A stretch of DNA of 63,308 bases, counting the filler, from Choristocarpus tenellus KU-1152 (lineage: Eukaryota; Protista; Phaeophyceae), in NCBI GenBank assembly GCA_964200185.2. It is 12 parts of 12 records of this genome, joined end to end, with 100 filler letters (N's around TTAATTAATTAA, not from the genome) between each part and the next. Parts side by side here need not be neighbours in the genome. Positions count along the whole stretch, not along the records: positions 50,377 to 60,638 come from CAXNAD020003030.1; positions 60,739 to 63,308 come from CAXNAD020026683.1; 10 more parts are not named here. The stretch is one strand, 5' to 3'. The translations under genes were made by a program, and so were the position numbers. A model generated the notes under the pieces. It had not been told where the DNA came from, searched no databases, and saw nothing but the letters and a program-made list of their open reading frames with translations. How positions within the stretch are numbered: position 1 is the stretch's first letter; each line of letters begins with the position of its first letter. Of this stretch, positions 51,083-63,308 are shown piece after piece.

Positions 51083-53199
51083 TTTCTTGTTCTGAGGAGT
51101 TGTGACAATTTGTTGTTTAGGGTATAGGTTTTTCGTTTTGTCGGAATTTAATTCAGAGCTGAGATATCACTCTGTGATCCGCATTTTCCCTCCCCCTTGA
51201 TGAGAATATAAACCCATTGGATGTGTTAATTTGTCGTGACCTACAGGTGACGCAACAAGATTACTTGAACTGATGTCTTGAACGTTACTGTTTGAGGCAA
51301 TGGGTAAGTATTTCATGCTCGTTGAATCCAGGCTTGAGATGTTACTATTCGAAGATCCACATTTTCTCTTCATATAGTTTGATTTAAATGCTTAACTCAG
51401 GGGTGTTCGAAGGAGCTCTGGTCTACGGATGTGAAAATGGGGTTCCCAATGTCCTTGATGTTTGGATCTTATGTCGGGTTATGGGAAGAATATTTTGTAG
51501 TAGTAATCAAGGTTAAGAGTTAGGACACTGCTCGGTTAACAGGACCCGTACCTTCTCCCAAATTAATTGATCGGAAAACCCGTGAGCAATCGGGTCCATG
51601 GGATGTGTCAAAGAGCTATCTGTGGGTGGTAAGAGGGGGAGTCGCGTTCCCTGTCCTCCTATTCTGACTGAAATCGGAGTACAATATGGTATGCGCATAT
51701 TTCGAGGGAACTGGATTCTGATTTGCGACATTACTCCATGAATTATTATATTCTTCCCATAATAAAAAAAAATGCCAACCCAAGAGGTACTGTGCCTATT
51801 GAGACCTTTCAATTTCTTGTGGGTCACAGATCAGGTTTTTAGCATTCCCTGTACTGATGTTTTCACTGCTCATGACTGGGGCATTGTAGAAAATATATGA
51901 AACAAATGAACCAAGACTTCATGAGATGAACTTGTGTCCAGGGTGAAGCTTCAAACCCAGGAGGTCCCGGCCCCTTGGGATTAGTCAGGTCATACACGGG
52001 TCAGTGAGCCGTCATGCTGATTTGATTGCATTTATTTTGGGTGAATGGGTAAATGATATGTGACGGCAGAATTATGGCATAAGATGGTTCTCGATTATCC
52101 GCATCTTCTCTTCAATTGTTAGCAAAAGCGCCAAATCTTCGAGGTGGTACATCCATAGGAGGAATTGAATAGGTGTGAGTCACAGTTCTGAATTCACGCA
52201 GTGGGACATCTTGCTACTAGTTGGGTTTGGAGAGTTAAAAATAATACCAATCTATTGTATTTATAGCTGATGCCGTGTTGCAAGGCCTGGGAGATGGGGT
52301 ACTGGAGAGTGAAAGTGTTGTAAGCAGCACAAATGAGGCTTTGGAAGAGGGGTATGAATTGTCACCATACGAGATACAGGCACGCAACAGTTCCAGCAAT
52401 GGAGGTGTGAGTCATTCTTACCTCCCAATGCTTAGGTCTATTTTCTTGATTTGGAGCTGAAGACTGAAGAGATTGAATTAGTATATACCTGCACATTGCT
52501 GTTCAGGGTGGAAATGGAGATCCAGAGTGCTTTTGCTTGGGGACCTGTGCTAGAGACAGACATCAGGCAACTCCTTGATTGGTTTGTGTGTGTCATGTTG
52601 CTTTTGTTCTCTGCATTGTCATTCAACTTCACATCGCATCAAATCGCAAGAACATATAAACTGTCCTTGATAAAAAAAACCTGTTTCTTAAGGTATTAGA
52701 AGTCTATTCAAAAAGTTCAAGCCCAAGGCGTGCCCGACCCTCAGACCCCAACCACAGTCCTTAAATCGTTTTTTGTGCAGTGAGGTATGTGAAATCAAGA
52801 TGGGACAAACGTGGCTTGAAGTGGTCCACACCAGCACTGCAAAATTCATACACACACAACACACAAAAACCATCAAACTGATGCTGAAGATGCATACATG
52901 GAATACAAAGTAGAACATCAACAATACAGCAAATCACCCCTGACAAGGAAGACTCGACTACGGTTTCTATCCTGGTTGGAAGAATAACATTCATGTAGCA
53001 TTGTCTCAAACAAGAGCTGAGATATTTTTCGAGCCTGGAGGAAATACTAGAGATACAACCATATACCATTCGAAAGGTTTTTTTATGCAGATAACAAGTC
53101 TACAGCACAATATAGTTATCATACAAGACACTACACACAATGGGCTCCACTTTATTACTCGTAGAGACAATCCTCCCAGACAAGACAAACCTCAAAACT

Positions 53200-54681
53200 T
53201 CAATCCTCAATATGGAAGGGAACTTCAAGTGCTTTCCCGTTGACCTTCTCCTTGAGCCCCTCCCCTCCGTATGAAACAAGAGGTGAAACCTCACAAAATC
53301 CTTCTCCCCCATTGACAATTTTTGATCCTATACTAGTTTTCCCTCCTGCAGCCTCAACCCAGCGGAGGGCCTGAGCAGAAATCATTCCCCGTGCCGTGTC
53401 TGGTGAGTCCTTGGTATCCCCAGGTGCATTCTTTACTGGAGCAAACTCATCTTCGCGCGGCGCTTCAAAGAGAACCATCTTCTCAGAGAGAGGAAACACG
53501 TCGAAAATGAAAGACTCTAGCTTGATCCCGTTATTGAAAGTAGGTTTCACAGTCTCACCCTTTTCTCCGTCCGCAGCTGGTATTTTCTTGTGCGCCACAT
53601 GGAACATGCTTCCCATCTTTGGGAGGACAATATCCTCAAGGAAAATCCTCGAGAAATAATGATTACAGATGTTTCCTGCACCAAAGACAAGCTTGCCTTT
53701 CTCATCCACCTCCTTGCACATCGCGGGGTTCATCTCGGAATACTCGAGGACGCAGGGCTTACCCCCTTTCAGAACCACGACCCCGACCTTCTCCTCCGCC
53801 TCACTCTTCCAGACAGACTTGTTGCCACAGTCTGCCCCGTTCAGGATACAGTACCCAAAGAAATGCGGGTCTGCAACGCGCAGTAGCGCGTTATCAATGG
53901 AGGAGACGTGGAGATGCTGAACTCCACGACGACGCATGTCTGCCAGAGCCCCTGTTCGTTCGAGGGCAGGATAGATCCCACCATTGCCGTCCGGTGCAAT
54001 AGCAACTTTGCTGGCGCTCTCCAGGATGAGTTTTCCATCAGTGGTCATGCATGGTAAAGTGCCTTGGGGGAAGAAAAAGATGTCGCCTTCGGACATACCA
54101 AAGAACTTGCTATCGGCGAAGAATTTGCGGGTGATTTCATCATTCAGGGGGCTTGTCATGATGTACCAAGGAATGCGGGGCCCAGCTCCCTCCTCATTAG
54201 TACCATTTACTTCATTCGCCAGGGCACACAACCGCCGCAGGCGCTCGGCCTGAAGCTGGAAAAGCGATTTGGCTGAAGGTAAGCCGATGTTGTACATTCC
54301 TTTGGGACCAGAAAATCCAAGTCGTGTCCCCTGCCCCCCGCTCAGAGTCACCATGCCGACTTTACCCTCAGACACGGCCCCTAGACCGGCCGCGTACCAC
54401 TCAGCCTTCATCTCTTCATTGGCACATGCAAGACTTCCGAAGGATTTGATAGGTTCCACAACATCATGGCCCTGATTGTCTTCCACTTTTGGTGTGGCAA
54501 AAGTCGATTTATAGAGCTCGTTGATGCTCTTCACGTCGATATTCTGAAGCTGTTCCACCAGTCTATTGATTCCCTTCTCATCGACTACCCCCTTATCAAC
54601 ATACTCGAAGACGTGACCCTGTCCATGGGTAACGTATAAAGTCCTCAAGTCTGTGGGAACCTTGCCGCATCCAATATTCAT
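53200..54681 (-). CDS. UAP1: UDP-N-acetylglucosamine pyrophosphorylase, uninterrupted CDS (~493 aa from the ATG at 54681)
   Basis: Motifs LSGGQGTRLG, PKG, KSLFQLQAER, IPWYIMTS, APDGNGG, EYSE, GNICNH, GIKLESFIFDVF, REDEFAPVKN, EVSPLVSYGGEGL. A short 5' exon cannot be excluded. Confidence 0.96.
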   Translation of the reverse strand: MNIGCGKVPTDLRTLYVTHGQGHVFEYVDKGVVDEKGINRLVEQLQNIDVKSINELYKSTFATPKVEDNQGHDVVEPIKSFGSLACANEEMKAEWYAAGLGAVSEGKVGMVTLSGGQGTRLGFSGPKGMYNIGLPSAKSLFQLQAERLRRLCALANEVNGTNEEGAGPRIPWYIMTSPLNDEITRKFFADSKFFGMSEGDIFFFPQGTLPCMTTDGKLILESASKVAIAPDGNGGIYPALERTGALADMRRRGVQHLHVSSIDNALLRVADPHFFGYCILNGADCGNKSVWKSEAEEKVGVVVLKGGKPCVLEYSEMNPAMCKEVDEKGKLVFGAGNICNHYFSRIFLEDIVLPKMGSMFHVAHKKIPAADGEKGETVKPTFNNGIKLESFIFDVFPLSEKMVLFEAPREDEFAPVKNAPGDTKDSPDTARGMISAQALRWVEAAGGKTSIGSKIVNGGEGFCEVSPLVSYGGEGLKEKVNGKALEVPFHIED

Positions 54682-57078
54682 CCCTCCGAGTTGATGAACT
54701 ATCCTGAAGTTCTGTGTGAGGAGTGTGGAAGGATGTAGTGGAATATGTGTGATCAAAAAATACATACCATACCACATTATACCGCTGAAACTTTTCCTAC
54801 TTCTCTTGTTCTTTCCTCTCCCTAAAATCTTGTAGATTTAGGAACTAGAGACCTGACCAGAAGAACAATATATATTACCCATGGTCACTAATGGTTTTGA
54901 TATGTATACCAACTCACTTATACACTCATTACAAAAAAAAGGTAGTAGTTCACATTTCCCCCCAAATACAACACAATATAGCGAACCATGGAGAAGAACC
55001 GATGTTGAGTATCCTGACCGCCTTCTAGCAATGCAGTGCTCGGGTCAGGGGTTCCAAGCAGTCAGTATACTCAACATGCAGTTGTATAGAAAGTTCAATG
55101 TCCTTTGTACCATGTATTGTATGTGTATGTAATATGTATTTCGTATAATATTGCTGGTTTTATTAGCACAAAATATATACCAAGGTTTGATTCGTGAGGG
55201 TTTTAAAAACACCATAAATACCAAACGACTGAGCAAATCCACCTACGGACTCTTCGTCTCCATTCACAGCCATACCTTCCTCCCGTTTAAATACCAAACG
55301 ACTGGGCAAATCCACTCACTTAATCAGGGAATGGGAACAACTTGAAATCGCATGTATGTGCAGAAGGAATTAGCATTCTTCTAGATTTCTCGACCTTGGC
55401 TGATCTTTGATATCAAATAAAGATCTATCTCATTGAAGTGATCACATTCATGCTACATGCATACCGAGGGGAGAGTCCTTGCATTAGTAGGCTGACTCCG
55501 TGGTTTACAGTGTCTACCATTCAACTATGTTCTTAATACGTCCATAAAATTGACAGCTGGGCACATACATACAGAGAGGGTACATCGGACATGTATGCAC
55601 ATAAAGAGATCCCATCAGCGTAGAGAATGCCAGGCGGGTTATACATCACCAGTAACAGAGCACACTGACTGATCCTCTGACGGAGGGACATGCATTGAAA
55701 AAGTACTCCTGGGATGGTGGGATGCATTCGTCGTCAAGGTTTGCTTGCACGACTCGTCTTTTGGTGATCAGCCAACATCAACTTCATTGAATTCATTTCT
55801 CCCCACCAGGTGCATATGCAGTACATGGTTGAACTAGATGGAGAGACTTCCTACCTTAAGAAGCTCAGATCCAATTTAACATGGCTAGCTAGGTAGGTAT
55901 TTCAAATATATATTAAAATTCGAAAAAAGAATTTTCAACTTATAATAGTTCAACTCTTCTGTTTAATTAGTGCAAGGTTTCTAAACCCATGATCGAAACC
56001 TAGTCAATAAGGAAAGCAATAATACACAATAATGATTGAGAATTGTATACTACATAGTATAAAGATAAAATAAAAACAACGAAAAAAAGAAAAAGAAATT
56101 AGAAACTCATTGTACTTAAACAAGACAAGTCAAGAGAATCCAATACTTGGGATAGGACATGGATCATTCTGTCGTTCTCACACACCTAACATACGTATTC
56201 AGTGTCACCCATACTTCCCTCAATCTGAACTCATCACATTGAATAAAGGGAAGAGGAACACGAGAATGGTCAACTTAATGTAAAAATATAGAGAAAAGCA
56301 AAATGCAGCAGACATTGGTAAGTGTGCACGTACCCTGATCTGTACATGGAGGATGTGTAATACTGGTTGAGACCCACAAAGAGTTCTGAGCCGTGGAACG
56401 ACGGACCTGAATGAGGACCAGGTTCGAAGAGAACAGTTGGGTATTAGTACTACCGTTGAACAGTTCCAAACTTCCAATATTTACAATCTCACCGCCAAAG
56501 AAGCAATTTTTTCATCTTAATGTAACTATGTTTCTGGTATTATTATACCGCAAATGAAATGTATTAGTGATAAAGAGATTTTAGATTCTTGCTATAGTGT
56601 AGGGTATTATGATATAATATTAAGTAGGAAAAAATATATGTGGTCATCCCATAGAATAGAATAAATCCAAGAGAATAAAGGAAGGAGAAAATGGTTTCTA
56701 TACCAGTGTTCCCTCCATCTCCCCCATTCCCACTCACCACAGAGCACAAACCACACTCACCAACGAACAAAACTAAACTAAACAACGACTAACTTGTCAC
56801 AAAGTTGATAGACATTACAAGGATTTCGGTCTGAACTTCGTAAGGCAAGTACACACCACAAAAAGAATCTACTAGTCAATCTAGGTAAGACGAGGTAGAT
56901 TTTGTAACCCTACTAGAATGTGTGATCACCTGCCATCACCTCACGTCTGAACGATATGCGACCTATACCCTTGCCCTGATCACCTCGCTCACTCCCGCTG
57001 CAACCGTTGTTTTGGGCGTTCTTTTTTACATATATTTGTACAGTGTCAAGTAAGCGATAGCACCAGTCGCCTGATTAG

Positions 57079-60185
<3,107 letters not shown>

Positions 60186-60331
60186 GTAGGGTGTGTTTCT
60201 TCCTACTGCTGAAATTGCTTTTTTTTGGGGGAGGGGGGGGGGGGGGGGGGGAGGGTCACCCAATGTTTTTGGAAATTTTTGATTTCCACCGTTNNNNNNN
60301 NNNGGGGGGGTGTGGGTTGGGTGTTGTGGGT

Positions 60332-60372
<41 letters not shown>

Positions 60373-61429
60373 GGGAGGGAGGATCACCCAATGTTTCTGG
60401 AAATTCTTGATTTCCACCGATTGTGAGATAAGGAGTTGGGAGAGTGGGGTAGCATTAGGATCCTTGCTGCTAATGGTGATATTGTTTCTAGCATTGTTAT
60501 ACTATATAACTTCCCTACTGCTATTTGTAACAGCAGCAGGAGATAAATAAAGTAAAAATCTTGACCCCCCCCCCCCCCAATTTTGCTCCTTAAGGTTTGG
60601 CTAAAAATTATTACCTTCTTTTTGGGGGTGTGCGGGTTNNNNNNNNNNNNNNNNNNNNNNNNNNNNNNNNNNNNNNNNNNNNTTAATTAATTAANNNNNN
60701 NNNNNNNNNNNNNNNNNNNNNNNNNNNNNNNNNNNNNNCGAAACGGACACCCCCTCACAAACCACCCCCCACCCCCCAGATACTTTGACCCAACTTCTAG
60801 TGAAAAAATAACACTTCAGTCACTCTTGGGCATATCTTCAACACAAAAATCAGTCACACTTCGTTCTGCGCATGATAACACTGGAATACCTATTGAAAGA
60901 TTCATTAGACAAACCCCTTGTAAGAAGATCCGCATGTTGGAACTCCGCAGGCAAATATCCAATTACTACATTTCCTTCTCTCTCCAACTGACGTACATAG
61001 TGATACCGTATATCTATGTGTTTTGTTCTACCTCCAGATATGCTGCCTTCTGAGCAATCTTATTTGCACCATCATTATCCTCAAACACTGATAAAGAGTA
61101 ATCCTTACAATGTGGTTATATGAACGTGTGGACCTGCTTCGGGACACAACCTCTTTCCCCTACTTACACAATGCAAAATACTCAGCCTCAGCAGTAGACA
61201 GTGTTTCGTACTTCCTCCGTTCGGAATTAAATATATCATAACTTTCGTAGCCCCCATAAAGAAGCCAGTTTTTTTCAGATGTTGGTATTTTATGAGTGTG
61301 TATTGTGCAGACATTATTAGAAGATTTCCCACCCAAATTTCAAACAAAATGGGGCAGCCTACATCATTCTACGCCTCCGAAGCCCTCCAAAATTACATTA
61401 CAATATTGTACATCGCGGCATAGAACCAA

Positions 61430-63060
61430 TACTCATTGCCCAGCCCAGGCTTTACCAGTTGACTCCTCGCTGCCCCCATGAGTTGCTTTATCACCCTTTC
61501 CACGATCCTGTTGCTCTGTGGTATTTTCGGTGGAGATTTCCTCCATCTGGTACCGTTGTTCGCCTGCATCCTTTAGAACTTTACCGATCTGCCAAGCTCG
61601 CCAGCACCATCCCCACTGATACATTGGACTTGTATACCTTCCCTGGCCATCTGGTCAAGATAGGCAGCAGTTGCATCCGTCGCTGCGTTTTTGGTTTTCA
61701 ATCCGTAAACCCTCTTGTGTCGGCTGCTCTCATCAACAAACACCTGAAAATATTTGTGACCAGTGATGTCTGGTTGAAAAGGTCCCACCAAATCTGTGTG
61801 GACAACCTCCCCAGGCTGTTTGGAGGTCCTTCCACCCCGTTGACAGCTTAGAGCTTCTGATTTGTATTCCTTTCATGTCTAGCATCATAGCTCCGATGCC
61901 ACAGTAGCGTCGGTGATCTTCAACAGTCCACATTTCTCGAGATGCTTGATAGCCGATGGGTTGATGTGGCCCAATATGTTCTGTCAGTCCTTCAATGTCA
62001 GCTTCTGCTTTTGAGTGGCTCATTCTGCGCTGGCTCTTGATTCTCGTTCCTCGTTGATTTTGATTCCTGTGGAAGTGTCAAAGGTGCCAAGTTCTCTGCT
62101 CAAGGGGGCAATCACAATCACCTGACTGAACTCTTCCACCTCAGAGGGTGAGACCGAGTTTTAAAGGTCTTGGCCCAACATCTCAGAACAGTTGAGGATA
62201 TCCAGAACAGAACACAAACCTCAAGACACAACAGATGTCCCAGAATGACTGAGCAACGTCACAGCAGAGAAATGGATCGGTCAGACTCGGAAAGTCTCTT
62301 CGTTCTGACGGTTCATTTTGGCTGTTTGGTTAAATCCAGATCTTATGGGTGAGGTTGCTTTATTTGACTGGTCGGTAAGGGTGAGTTCCAATGACGTGGG
62401 TGACGCGCACAAGTGTATATGATCGCGCGTCTTATCCACAAATGTGTGTGTCGGAGATCCCAAGAAAGGGACCTGTCCCTGACATTCCTGTTAAATTTAA
62501 GAACCCCTCAGACTTTCATTGGTTTATCTTGGGCGAATTCTTGGAGGTCTTCAGGTAACTTTCTTTTCTTCCTGAATCCATAAATTCTCCTCCACTGTAT
62601 TGTATGGTTCCAGTACTCAATATGCAGCATGGTAGACCTGGCACCCATAGAACATCCTTCAGAACCACTCTTGTTGGTTTGCGGTTCTTGTCCGTCACCA
62701 TTAGAACATATCCCCAGTTTCCTTCGCGTCCAATTTCCTATTGTTACCGAAGGTGCATGTCCGTTTGGTGGGCCGAGTACTTATGAGGTCTTCACGATCA
62801 GGAGTAAAATGGACGCTTGATACGGTGTCACGCAACATCTCGACTTGTCTTCAACTGGAGGAGTTGAGCACCACACGTTCGTTAGCCTCCTCGTCTGCTG
62901 TCACCTTGAAAGTGGAGAAGGAGCGCGCTTGGTTCCCGTTGACTCTGTTGCTGGTCCCACCAGGTAGGTGGAGGTGGTCGAAATGTTCTAGCAGACTCCA
63001 TCCCAGGCGGATGTGTTGCAGGTGGCTTTCCATTCAAGTACGAGTAGCAAGCACTTCTGC
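61430..63060 (-). mobile_element. Degenerate Ty1/Copia pol fragment (protease region, GAG-pre-integrase, integrase core)
   Basis: VVLKDVLWVPGL and VHTDLVGPFQPDITGHKYFQVFVDESSR...VYGLKTK...CISGDGAGEL; several stops and frameshifts. Confidence 0.8.
62068..62484. mobile_element. Solo LTR (417 bp, TG...CA) nested in the Copia relic with a 4-bp TSD TTCC
   Basis: TTCC|TGTGGAAG...CCCTGACA|TTCC; removing it rejoins the Copia frame (FLNLTG/IKINEE). A related end (CCCAAGAAGGGATCTGTCCCTGACA) lies at ~29255-29281. Confidence 0.7.
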
Positions 63061-63118
63061 TATATTGATAGTTCATCTTCTAGCAGCATGCACATTGGCT
63101 TGGTTTGGGGCCGCTTCC

Positions 63119-63290
63119 GGCTCAAAGTATCTGTGGGGGGGTGGCGGCTGTCCATTTGGAGCCAATTTTTTCATGTTGCGATTTTTGTGTGATTCGGCTG
63201 TATACGTCAAATGGATAATGTGGATGCACCTTTCCTGATTTTGGGCCAAATGGACACCCTGGTGTAGACACCCCCCCCCCCCCCCACACA
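63119..63290. mobile_element. MITE family B; other copies or variants at 8545-8712, 13162-13234, 38419-38488, 44835-44904, 50184-50276, 50377-50417, 60739-60790
   Basis: Ends G(G/A)C(T/C)CAAAGTATCTGGGAGGGGG and a subterminal GTCCATTTGG box, shared with family A; most copies sit at contig edges. Confidence 0.75.
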
Positions 63291-63308
63291 CTATGTGGCT
63301 TCTCTCTT

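Noticed and set aside
54682-54777. N-terminal extension of UAP1 in the 525-aa ORF
   Set aside because: Non-conserved-looking sequence with acceptor-like CAGs; probably UTR or intron.
60225-60420. Duplicated GGTCACCCAATGTTT...TTTCCACCG with poly-G (similar cases at 29250-29480 and 47400-47460)
   Set aside because: Flanks 10-N gaps and homopolymer runs; most likely scaffolding overlap or sequencing artefact.

Overview
Eukaryotic genomic DNA, not prokaryotic: intron-rich genes, TTAGGG-type repeats and Gly/Glu-rich low-complexity exons suggest a stramenopile, possibly a brown alga or relative (inference). The window is about 12 short contigs joined by artificial 100-nt spacers (N44-TTAATTAATTAA-N44), so adjacency across spacers is not biological. 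Host genes, mostly partial: selenoprotein T (in-frame UGA in CxxU plus a 3' SECIS), UTP20, an LRRC9-like LRR gene, katanin p80 (KATNB1), a probable ASPM 3' end, and a UAP1 with an uninterrupted CDS lying head-to-head with a spliced GALE. Mobile DNA is dense: a DD39D-like mariner family (3 copies), two related MITE families (~17 copies or fragments), DIRS-like and Copia relics, a solo LTR and a possible Merlin relic. The most unusual item is a spliced, MITE-disrupted gene whose exons resemble the C-terminal half of a beta-class N6A/N4C DNA methyltransferase, followed by a SAP-like motif and an acidic tail. Mariner copy differences also point to CpG methylation. All calls are by-eye motif recognition; no searches were run.
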